Position numbers and translations under genes: made by a program | From: Minisyncoccia bacterium | Lineage (GTDB): Bacteria; Patescibacteriota; Minisyncoccia; Phycocordibacterales; UBA2163 | Reading direction: 5' to 3' | DNA length: 29,583 nt | Assembly (NCBI GenBank): GCA_046757385.1 | Contig: JBHHYD010000001.1 | Location: 1-29,583, forward strand | Notes under the pieces: model-generated | What the model was told of the DNA's origin: nothing | The model's input: the letters and a program-made list of their open reading frames with translations, nothing else | Database searches by the model: none | In this document: positions 1-8,441 of the stretch, one piece after another | How the letters are laid out: every line of letters begins with the position of its first letter | Numbering within the stretch: position 1 is the stretch's first letter

Positions 1-174
1 GAGGAGAGTTACTACTAGCCCGAATGCGTATGATTGGCGTTGGAGATACCACGCGCTCAGCGCGGACTAATTATTCAAATTCCGTTTTTTAGATTTGTGA
101 ATTAAGTTTGGTAAAATAATTGTGAAAGTTTGAGATAATTTTTTATCTGGAGCAAAATAGTGTATAATATATAT

Positions 175-297
175 ATGGCAAAACGAAGTACAGGGATAGA
201 AAAAAGAAAAACATCTCGTTCAAAAAAGACCAAAAAGCGCCTTGCGATAAAGCGTGAAATGCTCGCCAAGCGTGCAAGCAAAAAGAAGCGCAAATAG
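175..297 (+). CDS. Small, very basic 40-aa protein (not in ORF track)
   Basis: ATG175-TAG297 reads MAKRSTGIEKRKTSRSKKTKKRLAIKREMLAKRASKKKRK (13 K + 7 R). TATAAT at 163-168 is 6 nt before the ATG, the same geometry as other genes here. Confidence 0.6.
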   Translation: MAKRSTGIEKRKTSRSKKTKKRLAIKREMLAKRASKKKRK

Positions 298-321
298 GTC
301 TTAAATGGTATCATAAAAAGT

Positions 322-921
322 ATGAAGACTATACTTTTCATCATTGTCGTTATAATAATAGCCGGCAGTTTTGTTATTGCTTTAAATAATTCTGGTGAAG
401 TGGCAGATGTTGCCAGCCCGAGGCTGGTCGGCCTTGGGCCGAAAGAAATTATAAATAATGAAGAACAACTTATGGACACACTTAAACTCACAAGCAAATC
501 TTTTGAAAACAATGGAAACATTCCCTCAAGACACACTTGCGACGGCGAGGGGATTAGTCCGGAGCTGTCTATTGAAGGGATTGATGAAAATGCAAAGTCA
601 CTTGTACTTATTATGGACGATCCGGACGCGCCGTCTGGTACGTGGGATCATTGGGTGAAGTTCAATATTTCAACCTCAACGACGCAAATAAAAGAAGGAG
701 GGGAGCCGGACGGCGCGTCAGGTGTTGGCACGTCAGGCAACAGAGAGTACTTTGGTCCATGTCCGCCAGACAGAGAGCATAGATATTTCTTTAAACTTTT
801 CTCCCTTGATACAGAGCTTGAGTTGGAAGAAGGTGCGACTAAAAGGGAAGTCGAGAAGACAATGGAAGGGCATATACTACAGCAGACGGAATTGGTCGGA
901 CTATACGAGAGAAATCAATAA
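322..921 (+). CDS. ybhB: YbhB/YbcL family (PEBP/Raf kinase inhibitor-like) protein with N-terminal membrane anchor
   Basis: Motifs LIMDDPDAP, WDHW and YFGPCPP..EHRYFFKLFSLD; hydrophobic N-terminus; TGG-TATCAT (306-314) 7 nt before ATG. Confidence 0.9.
   Translation: MKTILFIIVVIIIAGSFVIALNNSGEVADVASPRLVGLGPKEIINNEEQLMDTLKLTSKSFENNGNIPSRHTCDGEGISPELSIEGIDENAKSLVLIMDDPDAPSGTWDHWVKFNISTSTTQIKEGGEPDGASGVGTSGNREYFGPCPPDREHRYFFKLFSLDTELELEEGATKREVEKTMEGHILQQTELVGLYERNQ
413..442 (+). repeat. 30-bp twin-hairpin element, copy 1 (in frame in ybhB)
   Basis: CCAGCC-CGA-GGCTGG TCGGCC-TTG-GGCCGA; near-identical copies at 2677 and 21604; encodes SPRLVGLGP. Confidence 0.9.
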
Positions 922-922
922 T

Positions 923-1144
923 ATGTACATAAAAGTTAAAGTTACTCCTGACGCTAAAAAAGAAAAATTGGAGCAAAAGCAGGAAGATTTATTTGAATTA
1001 AGTGTTAGAGAAAAAGCAAAGCAAAATATGGCAAATGAGCGTGTTAGGGAGCTTATAGCGCGGCATTTTGGTATAATAAAGACAGATGTGAGGATTATAA
1101 GCGGGCACAGAAGTCCGAGCAAAATTATAAGTATTGATAAGTAA
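923..1144 (+). CDS. DUF167/YggU family protein (73 aa)
   Basis: MYIKVKVTPDAKKE...SVREKAKQNMAN..V..LIA.HF...VRIISGHRSPSKII. True start ATG923, 1 nt after the ybhB stop; the track start at 722 overlaps ybhB. Confidence 0.85.
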   Translation: MYIKVKVTPDAKKEKLEQKQEDLFELSVREKAKQNMANERVRELIARHFGIIKTDVRIISGHRSPSKIISIDK

Positions 1145-1162
1145 TTAATATATTGAATAAAT

Positions 1163-1549
1163 ATGGCTATAAGAAAAAATATAAAGACAACAAACATAGA
1201 ACTTACACCAGAGATCTCTGATTATTTAGACAAAAGACTGCAAGCAGTAGAAAAACTAATTGACCCTGAAGACACAAGCGCAATACTTGATGTTGAAGTG
1301 GGCAAGACCACGGAGCATCACCAAAGCGGAAACATCTTTAGAGCGGAGATCAATCTTCATATAGCAGGCAAGCAGATGCGGGCATCAGCAGAAGAATCTA
1401 CAATTTTAAATGCAATAGACAAAGCCGAAAAGGAGGTGGCGCGCGAGCTTCGCAGGCTCAAAGGCAAGCGCATGCGTTTTATGAGAAAAGGCGGAGCAAA
1501 ATTAAAAAACTTGATGCGTTCAATCTATCCCCGCAGGAAATCCTCATAG
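1163..1549 (+). CDS. raiA: Ribosome hibernation factor HPF/RaiA (short form)
   Basis: NIELTPEISDYLDKRL...VEVGKTTEHHQSGNIFRAEINLHIAGKQMRASAEESTILNAID pattern. Confidence 0.88.
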   Translation: MAIRKNIKTTNIELTPEISDYLDKRLQAVEKLIDPEDTSAILDVEVGKTTEHHQSGNIFRAEINLHIAGKQMRASAEESTILNAIDKAEKEVARELRRLKGKRMRFMRKGGAKLKNLMRSIYPRRKSS

Positions 1550-2400
1550 TCCATCTCTTTTTTCCCTTCGGGGATTACTTTTTTTATTTTTAACTTATCG
1601 TCTTCTAATTCAGCGTCGGTTATTTTGATACGCATAAGGTCCGACCTTTTACCATCAAGGTCGGACCTTGATGCAAGAAAGTAGGCAACAGGCCACTGGT
1701 CGTAGGCCCTGATTTTTAGCAAGTTTTGATATGCATCTCCATCAAGCTCTATAAGAGCATCTTCTTTTTTAATTTTTGTCGTAAATGTAGCTTCACTTTC
1801 ATCCTGCGCTTCCGGCTTTATCTTGCCGGCGGTCCAATCGGGGATTACTTCTGCAAGAAGCTTTGCACCCTCTGTAAATAGAAGCTCTTCAAGTTCACCC
1901 GCTCTTGGAGGCCATGGCTCCGGTTCAATACTTGCTTGTGCTACGATAGGTCCGCTATCTATACTTTCATTCAAGAGCATTATAGTTACACCAGTTCTAC
2001 TCTCATCTTGAAGTATTGCAGAGATAATGGGGGACGGTCCACGAAGTTTTGGCAAAAGAGATGGATGAATATTAAGTGTGCCATGTTTTGGAATATCAAG
2101 AAGTTCTTTTGGAAGAATCTTTCCAAATGATGCAACTACAAACAGATCAAAATCGCCTTCTTTCAAAAGTTCAATGAAAGCTTCATCAAGCTCTTCAGGC
2201 TGGACAAAGTTTACCTTGTTTTTTTCTGCCCACACTTTTACAGGCGGGGCAGTCAAGACAAGACTTCTACCTTTGGGTTTGTCGGGAGATGTGACAACCA
2301 AGCTTGCAGTCAAGTCTGCTTTTTTTAATTCTTCAAGAGCTATCACTGCACTTTCTGGAGTTCCAAAGAATGCGATTTTGATTTTATTTGACTTCGTCAT
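1525..2400 (-). CDS. fmt: Methionyl-tRNA formyltransferase
   Basis: IAFFGTP, LNIHPSLLPKLRGPSPI, TGVTIMLL..SIDSGPI; directly downstream of def. Confidence 0.95.
   Translation of the reverse strand: MTKSNKIKIAFFGTPESAVIALEELKKADLTASLVVTSPDKPKGRSLVLTAPPVKVWAEKNKVNFVQPEELDEAFIELLKEGDFDLFVVASFGKILPKELLDIPKHGTLNIHPSLLPKLRGPSPIISAILQDESRTGVTIMLLNESIDSGPIVAQASIEPEPWPPRAGELEELLFTEGAKLLAEVIPDWTAGKIKPEAQDESEATFTTKIKKEDALIELDGDAYQNLLKIRAYDQWPVAYFLASRSDLDGKRSDLMRIKITDAELEDDKLKIKKVIPEGKKEMDYEDFLRG
1636..1673. repeat. Pair of AAGGT-N3-ACCTT palindromes inside fmt
   Basis: AAGGTCCGACCTT (1636-1648) and CATCAAGGT-CGG-ACCTTGATG (1653-1673); the two cores are reverse complements; encode RSDL twice. Confidence 0.8.
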
Positions 2401-2917
2401 GGATATTTTCTGCTTTGTCTATAAAAAGGGTTCCGTCCAAATGATCCATCTCATGCTGGAAGATCTGCGCTAAAAGCCCGCTTCCACCGCGCTCAAAAAC
2501 TTTTCCATTCTCATCAAACGCACGCACTGTTGTTTTTTGGGCCCGCTTAGTAGTTCCGTATTTGCCACGCACAGAAAGACATCCTTCTTCATGGGCTTCA
2601 GTATTCTTTGAAATTTTTGTGATTTCTGGATTTATGAAGACAAAATCAGGGAGTGATGAGGAAGCTTGTTCGTCTTCCAGCCCGAGGCTGGCCGGCCTTG
2701 GGCCGGCAACATCAAACAGTTTTCCAGACACGATGAAAATGCGAAGCGGTACTCCGATCTGCGGGGCAGCGAGAGCGACCCCGTCTTTCTGCGCCTCAAG
2801 AGCTTCAGACATATCTGCTAAAATTTTCTTGATCTTAGGCGATGTAATCTCACTTACAGGCACTTCTTCAGCTTTTCCTCTTAAAGTAGGGTCTCCTTCT
2901 TGTATTATTTTTACCAT
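2384..2917 (-). CDS. def: Peptide deformylase
   Basis: GVALAAPQIG, EGCLS and QHEMDHLDG motifs. Confidence 0.97.
   Translation of the reverse strand: MVKIIQEGDPTLRGKAEEVPVSEITSPKIKKILADMSEALEAQKDGVALAAPQIGVPLRIFIVSGKLFDVAGPRPASLGLEDEQASSSLPDFVFINPEITKISKNTEAHEEGCLSVRGKYGTTKRAQKTTVRAFDENGKVFERGGSGLLAQIFQHEMDHLDGTLFIDKAENIHDEVK
2677..2706 (+). repeat. 30-bp twin-hairpin element, copy 2 (in frame in def, read on the opposite strand)
   Basis: CCAGCC-CGA-GGCTGG CCGGCC-TTG-GGCCGG; compensatory T-A to C-G change versus copy 1; encodes GPRPASLGL. Confidence 0.9.
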
Positions 2918-2945
2918 TTTTCAATGATATCCTAAAAATAAGTAT

Positions 2946-2985
2946 AAAAAAACCCCCGCTATACGAAGGGTGAATAAGCGGGGGT
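2946..2985 (-). terminator. Intrinsic terminator between priA and def
   Basis: 9-bp stem ACCCCCGCT/AGCGGGGGT (2952-2960, 2977-2985) followed by a T run on the minus strand. Confidence 0.8.
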
Positions 2986-3033
2986 CTTGCCGACGGTAGA
3001 AAGAAGAGGGACAAAATCTCCGCCAGCAATACT
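2946..3033 (-). ncRNA. Candidate ~88-nt small RNA
   Basis: Extended -10 at 3040-3048, then a 10-bp stem with two G.U pairs (TTGCTGGCGG/CCGTCGGCAA), then the terminator; no ORF. TSS inferred. Confidence 0.45.
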
Positions 3034-3039
3034 ATATTA

Positions 3040-3048
3040 ATTATAGCA
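3040..3048 (-). promoter_or_regulatory. Extended -10 promoter (TG-C-TATAAT) overlapping the priA stop
   Basis: Minus strand reads TGCTATAAT; TTGATG lies 18 nt upstream of the -10. Confidence 0.6.
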
Positions 3049-4927
3049 AACTTTCAGGGTCAACATCAACAGCAAAATACGCCGGCAGTGAGCGCAGGAT
3101 TTCAACCATTTCTCTGTCTGGCCATTTATCTTTAGGAACCCTTAAAAGGGCGTGCATAGCGTACCTTCCTCCGCTAACTTTTATAGAAGATGGATAGATC
3201 TGGACATCATATTTTTTCAAAAGTTTTTCTATATATTTCATTTCTTTTGCTATTCTTTCGTTTCCTCCAACTACTGTTATTTTGATAAAGATACTGTAAG
3301 GCGGATATTCAAATCGTTTTCTTTTTTTCATCTCCTCTTTATAGAAATCAACAAGACTGCCTCCCTCCACATAGTCAAAGATTCTTTGGTCGGGTTTTCT
3401 TGTCTGTATAAGAATTTCCTTTTCCGTGATTTCTTTTATTTTTAAAAGAAGCGACAGCACTTTTTCTGACATTCTCCATTCAGGGAGTGAGAACAGCGAG
3501 TCCATTGTAGCGATTGCGCTGTATCTAACTGGCTTGTCCAAGTAAGAGAGTGCCATCTCTGTTCCCAGCAAAATCCCTCCTTTTGTAGAATAAAATTTCT
3601 CTATTATCTCTTTTGCTTTTCTGTGCGTGCTTGCAGTGTTTTTATCTATTACAAAAATCTTTGCTTCGGGAAAACTTTGCTTAAGCGTTTTTTCTACGAG
3701 CTGAATTCCTATCCCTAGGGTTTCAAGTTTCCAGCTTGCGCATGTTTTGCATCTTTCGTTGGCGCTTCGTGCCGCGCCGCAGGCGCGGCAGATAAATCGA
3801 TTGCCCTTTGAGGTTGAATAAAGCACAACGGGCGCTTTGCATTCATAGCAAAGCACAGAATTACCGCAGTCACGGCATACCGTAGAAGGAGAAAGCCCGC
3901 GCCTCACAGTAAAGACAAATATATTTTTCTTTTCGTCTATTGTGTTTTCAACTAACTTTTTCAACTCATCGCTTATTATCTCAAAACGGCCGGCTTTTTG
4001 ATGCTTAATATCTTTCATGTCTACAAGTGTCTGCCGGGCTTTCCTTACTGTCCGTAGTTTTGGTGGCGAGAATTCATCAAGTTCTCCTTCTTTATATTTC
4101 CACATTGTCTCAACTTTAAGCGGGAGATCGCCAAATATAATCTGCGCTTTCATCTTTTCCGCATAAACTTCAGCAAATACTCTTTGGTCGATGAACGGAC
4201 GCGTGAACTGCTTATAGCTTCTAGAATTTTCTCTCTCTACAATAATAGTCCTGATGTCACTCCTTGGAATAGAAAGGAACATCCCCGTCGCTATTATAAG
4301 GACAGGATGCTTGCTCTTTAGGGCGTTTTTCCATCGTGTTAGCATTTCCTTCTTTGTTAAACTTCCGTGTAGGACAAATGTGTATGGGTCTATTCCTTTT
4401 TTCAGGAGTTCTTGCGCCTTTTCAGCTTCCTGCATTGTAGGTACTAAAAGAAATACGGATGAATTACGGGCAAACTCTTCGCGAACAAGAGATTTATAAC
4501 TTGCAAAGCGGTCTGCTATTTCAGATTGAAGTACAAGTTTCTGACATAAAGGATTGTCTTTTTTTGTTACAGAGGATTGTCCTTTGGGATTTTTTTCATC
4601 GAAGATTACGTTTGGCACTAACGCTTTAAGTATCACACCTGTCGATGTGGCAAAATACTCCGCTGCGCTCTGCGCGGCGGAGATAAACTCAGGCAGAAAA
4701 AGCATTTTTGCTTTTTTCCCATCAATCTTTTTAAGTGCAAAGCTTGCGCTTCTTATTTTAGCTTTCTCTTCGCCGATATCTTTTGAAGAGAGTACGATTC
4801 CAGGAACCTGTTTCTTCCGGAGCGGTATGGAGACGACAGACCCTTCTTTAATGGGTTCAGCGCTGTAGTAGGTAAGGGATTCTCTGCTCAAGCCCTTTGA
4901 TATTGGAATGACATTAATAAGCTGCAT
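3041..4927 (-). CDS. priA: Primosomal protein N'
   Basis: LLVPT, LHGSL, RRGLS..VCRDCG...CYECK...CRACG......CKTC Zn-finger series, GTEMAL, QTRKPD; priA-def-fmt synteny. Confidence 0.92.
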   Translation of the reverse strand: MQLINVIPISKGLSRESLTYYSAEPIKEGSVVSIPLRKKQVPGIVLSSKDIGEEKAKIRSASFALKKIDGKKAKMLFLPEFISAAQSAAEYFATSTGVILKALVPNVIFDEKNPKGQSSVTKKDNPLCQKLVLQSEIADRFASYKSLVREEFARNSSVFLLVPTMQEAEKAQELLKKGIDPYTFVLHGSLTKKEMLTRWKNALKSKHPVLIIATGMFLSIPRSDIRTIIVERENSRSYKQFTRPFIDQRVFAEVYAEKMKAQIIFGDLPLKVETMWKYKEGELDEFSPPKLRTVRKARQTLVDMKDIKHQKAGRFEIISDELKKLVENTIDEKKNIFVFTVRRGLSPSTVCRDCGNSVLCYECKAPVVLYSTSKGNRFICRACGAARSANERCKTCASWKLETLGIGIQLVEKTLKQSFPEAKIFVIDKNTASTHRKAKEIIEKFYSTKGGILLGTEMALSYLDKPVRYSAIATMDSLFSLPEWRMSEKVLSLLLKIKEITEKEILIQTRKPDQRIFDYVEGGSLVDFYKEEMKKRKRFEYPPYSIFIKITVVGGNERIAKEMKYIEKLLKKYDVQIYPSSIKVSGGRYAMHALLRVPKDKWPDREMVEILRSLPAYFAVDVDPESLL

Positions 4928-4983
4928 AGCTTAAGCATACCAAAATCCACAAAAACTCTCGTCCTTGACTTTTTAATGATTAT

Positions 4984-5250
4984 ATGGCAGTCTATATATG
5001 GAAAACAAATTCTTTAACTTTGGAAAATGGCAAGACTTATGCATCACAGAGAAATTATGGAGTTTCTTTTTCGGGACTCAAGAATATTAGTCTTAGTAAG
5101 AACAGAAATCAGGTAATCTCACAATTTGGAAAGAGTGAGAAGAATGCCCCAGGTATAATCCTGATAGTTATGTTTTTTGGAATTGGCATTTTTATTATAG
5201 TAAAACCGACAGAAGTAATGGCGCAGTTAGAAACGATGTTTAATGGATGA
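4984..5250 (+). CDS. Possible small membrane protein (hypothetical, start uncertain)
   Basis: 88-aa ORF with one hydrophobic stretch (GIILIVMFFGIGIFIIV), followed by a strong hairpin; no recognisable family. Confidence 0.3.
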   Translation: MAVYIWKTNSLTLENGKTYASQRNYGVSFSGLKNISLSKNRNQVISQFGKSEKNAPGIILIVMFFGIGIFIIVKPTEVMAQLETMFNG

Positions 5251-5269
5251 TATTAGAACAGTGTTTACG

Positions 5270-5318
5270 ACCACATTTTTCGCTTGAAGTTTGAGCGAAA
5301 AATGTGGTTATTTTTTAT
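5270..5318 (+). terminator. Intrinsic terminator
   Basis: 15-bp perfect stem ACCACATTTTTCGCT/AGCGAAAAATGTGGT (5270-5284, 5294-5308) followed by TATTTTTTATT. Confidence 0.8.
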
Positions 5319-5363
5319 TCAACTATACACAATGTAATACACAACAATACATATAATTACTTC

Positions 5364-5396
5364 ATGAACCTATACTTACGATCGGATTTATATGTT
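5364..5396. repeat. Left palindromic site flanking the PaaX/Cas2-like gene
   Basis: ATGAACCTATACTTA-CGATCG-GATTTATATGTT; 27/33 identical to the reverse complement of 5984-6016. Confidence 0.8.
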
Positions 5397-5407
5397 ACGA
5401 TTGAAAT

Positions 5408-5962
5408 ATGCCCAGAGGTCATGGAGAAATACAAAAGAAAATACTAGTAGTTTTACTTGGAGGACTTGCCTTAGGATTATCCAGATCACCAAAGATGTCT
5501 TTCCAAATCATTGGTGCGATGGCAAAGGAATGGAAAGATATAGATGAACGCAAATTAAGGCGCTCAATAAGAGCACTCTATAAAGAAAAACTTCTTGATG
5601 AAATACATAACAGAGATGGTACAACAACACTTGTCTTAAACAAAGAAGGGAAAAAGTTCGCGCTTACCTATAATCTTGAAAATATGAAAATCAAGAAGCA
5701 GTCCAAATGGGACAAGAAATATAGAATTGTAATTTTTGATATCCCTGAACGTTTAAGAAAAGTGCGTGATTCATTGCGTATGCATTTACAGGACTTAGAT
5801 TTTTCTGAGCTTCAGAAATCAGTATTCGTGCATCCATATGAATGCTCAAAAGAAATAGAATACATTGTTGAATTTTATAGAATAAAAAAGCACGTTCGTT
5901 TTATTGTTGCTGATTCAATAGACAATGAGTTGCACATAAAACGAATATTTAAATTAAACTAA
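5408..5962 (+). CDS. Stand-alone winged-helix + Cas2-like (PaaX-type) protein
   Basis: wHTH-like LRRSIRALYKEKLL..HNRDGTTTLVLNKEGKK, then WDKKYRIVIFDIPE..RKVRDSLR..L..LDF..LQKSVFVHPYEC; no cas1 or array in the window. Confidence 0.8.
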   Translation: MPRGHGEIQKKILVVLLGGLALGLSRSPKMSFQIIGAMAKEWKDIDERKLRRSIRALYKEKLLDEIHNRDGTTTLVLNKEGKKFALTYNLENMKIKKQSKWDKKYRIVIFDIPERLRKVRDSLRMHLQDLDFSELQKSVFVHPYECSKEIEYIVEFYRIKKHVRFIVADSIDNELHIKRIFKLN

Positions 5963-5983
5963 ATTAATCTGATTTTAAAATTG

Positions 5984-6016
5984 TACCTATAACTACGATC
6001 GTATTTATAGGTTCAT
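5984..6016. repeat. Right palindromic site flanking the PaaX/Cas2-like gene
   Basis: ACCTATAACTA-CGATCG-TATTTATAGGT (5985-6012) is an 11-6-11 imperfect palindrome, inverted relative to the left site. Confidence 0.8.
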
Positions 6017-6057
6017 ATTATATATTATTGGTAATATTGTTGGGAAAAATTTTTAGT

Positions 6058-6086
6058 TTGAAAAAGGTGCTGAAAACAAGTACAAT
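6058..6086 (+). promoter_or_regulatory. Sigma70-type promoter of murA (leaderless geometry)
   Basis: TTGAAA-17 nt-TACAAT, 6 nt before ATG6093. Confidence 0.7.
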
Positions 6087-6092
6087 TGGCTA

Positions 6093-7394
6093 ATGTTGAA
6101 GGATAAATTTCTAATTAAGGGGCTTGCTGGCAAGAAGACACTTAAGGGTAAAATCGCCGTTGCAGGGGCGAAAAATGCAGTGCTTCCGGCGCTTGCGGCA
6201 TCCCTTTTATTTAAAGACAAGTTCTGTATCTCAAATGTACCAGAGATAAGCGATGCAAGGCACATGGCAACACTCCTTCAAAATCTCGATGCGAAGATTA
6301 CAAAAAAAACAAAAAAAACATTTTGCATAGAAACAAAAAATATCAAAAAGAAAGAAATTGATACAGAGATCTCAAACGAACTTCGCGCATCAATAATACT
6401 CACAGGCCCTCTTCTCGCGCGATTTGGAGAAGTTTCGTTTAGTCACCCTGGTGGATGCATAATAGGTAAGAGGCCAGTTGATATTTTTATTGATGGCTAT
6501 AAGAAAATGGGTGCTAAAGTGACGCAAAAAAACGGAAAATACAATATAAAAACTAAAGATAAAAAGTTAAAGGGAGCAAAAATATTCTTCGACAAAATAA
6601 GTGTTACCGGGACAGAAACACTAATGCTTGCAGGAGTTTTAGCAAAAGGTAAAACTGTACTTGAAAATGCCGCAATGGAGCCGGAGATAAAGCATTTAGC
6701 GGAGTTTTTAAACTCTTGTGGTGCGAAAATAAAAGGCGCAGGCACTTCAACAATTGAAATAACAGGAGGAATATTATTACAAGCGAAAGGAAAAATGTAT
6801 AAGACACTTCCAGACAGAATAGAAGCTGGAAGCTTTCTCATTCTCGGTGCATTATCAGCTGATAATTTAGAGATTACAAATTGCATTCCAGAGCATATAA
6901 ATTCTCTGATTGAATTATTAAGGCAATCTGGATTATCTATCAAGACAGAAAAAAATAAAATCCTTATAAAAAATAATTCCAAAACAAAAAATAACGTTTT
7001 CAAAAATGTAGATGTACAAACACATGAGTATCCAGGATTTGCTACAGATCTTCAGGCGCCGATGTGTGTATTTTTAACCCAAACCAAAGGTGAGAGCAAA
7101 ATACACGAGACGATTTTTGAAGGCAGGCTTAATCATACAGGTGACCTTGTAAGGATGGGGGCGAACATAACCATGTGGAATCCTCATCAAGCTACGATAA
7201 AAGGCCCCACAACGCTTCGTGGGAAAGAGCTTGAAGGGCCTGACCTGCGAGCCGGGCTTGCATACGTCATTGCGGCAGTCATTGCAAAAGGGGACTCAGT
7301 AGTGAATAATGTACACTACATTGATCGTGGGTATGAAAAGATTGAAGAGAGGTTGAGAGACATTGGGGTCAATATAAAAAGAATAAAAAGCTAA
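6093..7394 (+). CDS. murA: UDP-N-acetylglucosamine 1-carboxyvinyltransferase
   Basis: GAKNAVLP, LRASI, PGGCIIGKRPVD (catalytic Cys present), PDRIEAGS, YPGFATDLQAP, DLRAG, IDRGYE. Confidence 0.97.
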   Translation: MLKDKFLIKGLAGKKTLKGKIAVAGAKNAVLPALAASLLFKDKFCISNVPEISDARHMATLLQNLDAKITKKTKKTFCIETKNIKKKEIDTEISNELRASIILTGPLLARFGEVSFSHPGGCIIGKRPVDIFIDGYKKMGAKVTQKNGKYNIKTKDKKLKGAKIFFDKISVTGTETLMLAGVLAKGKTVLENAAMEPEIKHLAEFLNSCGAKIKGAGTSTIEITGGILLQAKGKMYKTLPDRIEAGSFLILGALSADNLEITNCIPEHINSLIELLRQSGLSIKTEKNKILIKNNSKTKNNVFKNVDVQTHEYPGFATDLQAPMCVFLTQTKGESKIHETIFEGRLNHTGDLVRMGANITMWNPHQATIKGPTTLRGKELEGPDLRAGLAYVIAAVIAKGDSVVNNVHYIDRGYEKIEERLRDIGVNIKRIKS

Positions 7395-8408
7395 ATGTCA
7401 TTTTTTAATCCAAAATTAGGAATAGATCTAGGTACTACATACACTCTTGTATACATGCCTGGGAAGGGAGTCGTTTTAAACGAGCCGTCTGTTGTTGCGG
7501 TCTCCGAGCAGGACAATAAGATTTTGGCAGTCGGAAATGATGCGAAAGAAATGATAGGAAGAACTCCGGATAATATTATTGCCTACAGGCCGATGAAAGA
7601 CGGAGTGATTGCAGACTATCGTGTGACAGAGGCGATGCTGCGCTACTATATGAGAAAAGCGCTCGGCAGATGGAATTTGTTCAAGCCTGAAGTTATGGTA
7701 TCAGTCCCAGCTGGAGTTACCTCGACTGAAAAGCGTGCAGTGATTGAAGCGACAATGAAAGCTGGAGCGAAAAGTGTTTATGTTGTTAAAGAACCTATAC
7801 TTGCTGCAATCGGCGCTGGTATTCCAATACACGAGGCGCGCGGACATATGATAGTAGATAGCGGTGGAGGTACTATTGACGTTGCGGTGATCTCACTTGG
7901 CGGAATTGTTGCTTCAACCTCGGTAAAATGCGCCGGTAACAGAATAGATAGAGCGATTGCAGATTATATAAAAAGAACATTTAACTTGGCAATAGGAGAC
8001 AAAACATCAGAGGATATTAAAATCAAGATCGGCTCAGCAGTACAAGTAGACGAAGACATGACGATGATAATAAAGGGCAGAGATTTCTTAACTGGACTTC
8101 CACGTTCTGCCGAGGTCAAAACCAATGAAGTTGTAAAAGCAATCGGGCGAGAACTTCGTGAGATGATAAAAGCTATAAAGACAGTTCTTCAGGAAACTCC
8201 TCCAGAGCTTTCTGCGGATATCATAGACCGCGGGATCATAACAACAGGAGGCACCTCGCAACTTCGCAATTTTCCCGATCTTGTTTTTAAAAGAACAGGG
8301 GTCAAAGCAGTTCTAGCAGATGAGGCGGCGTTTTGCGTTGCCAAAGGCACAGGCATTGCACTTGATCACTTAGATACATACAAAAAGAGTATTCTTGCAA
8401 AAAGATAA
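7395..8408 (+). CDS. mreB: Rod shape-determining actin-like protein (MreB/Mbl family)
   Basis: GIDLGTTYTL, EPSVVA, RPMKDGVIADY, DSGGGTIDVAVISLGG, TGG motif. Confidence 0.95.
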   Translation: MSFFNPKLGIDLGTTYTLVYMPGKGVVLNEPSVVAVSEQDNKILAVGNDAKEMIGRTPDNIIAYRPMKDGVIADYRVTEAMLRYYMRKALGRWNLFKPEVMVSVPAGVTSTEKRAVIEATMKAGAKSVYVVKEPILAAIGAGIPIHEARGHMIVDSGGGTIDVAVISLGGIVASTSVKCAGNRIDRAIADYIKRTFNLAIGDKTSEDIKIKIGSAVQVDEDMTMIIKGRDFLTGLPRSAEVKTNEVVKAIGRELREMIKAIKTVLQETPPELSADIIDRGIITTGGTSQLRNFPDLVFKRTGVKAVLADEAAFCVAKGTGIALDHLDTYKKSILAKR

Positions 8409-8441
8409 ATCACGCTTAACAGGCATGATATAATAAAAAAA

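Noticed and set aside
1-92. GC-richer stretch with a CGCGC-TCA-GCGCG hairpin (52-64) and ACTACTAGCCCGA, similar to the flank and start of the nusB repeat copy
   Set aside because: Truncated by the window edge. It may be a CDS end (open frames stop at 70 or 92) or an RNA, but no tRNA, tmRNA or RNase P hallmark was recognised, and the second hairpin arm of the repeat is absent.
102-536. 144-aa minus-strand ORF and the many other overlapping ORFs in the track
   Set aside because: They are antisense or out-of-frame shadows of well-supported genes, with no motifs of their own.
3710-3720. CCTAGG hexamers in priA and in ccdA (about 18557) resembling the 17956 repeat
   Set aside because: Short, isolated and explained by ordinary Leu-Gly codons.
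4998-5090. Alternative 30-aa ORF or frameshifted pseudogene overlapping ORF 4984-5250
   Set aside because: No recognisable family, promoter spacing or SD; the correct frame cannot be decided.
5364-5447. 27-codon upstream ORF (MNLYLRSDLYVTIEICPEVMEKYKRKY) starting 6 nt after TATAAT at the left palindrome
   Set aside because: It overlaps the main gene out of frame and has no protein-like features; it cannot be distinguished from chance without ribosome profiling.
5408-5962. CRISPR-Cas locus
   Set aside because: Only a Cas2-like domain is present; there is no cas1, effector gene or regularly spaced repeat-spacer array in the window.
5985-6012. Canonical XerCD dif site
   Set aside because: The 11-6-11 geometry fits, but the arms do not match the XerC/XerD consensus (such as TTATGTTAAAT), so only the geometry is reported.
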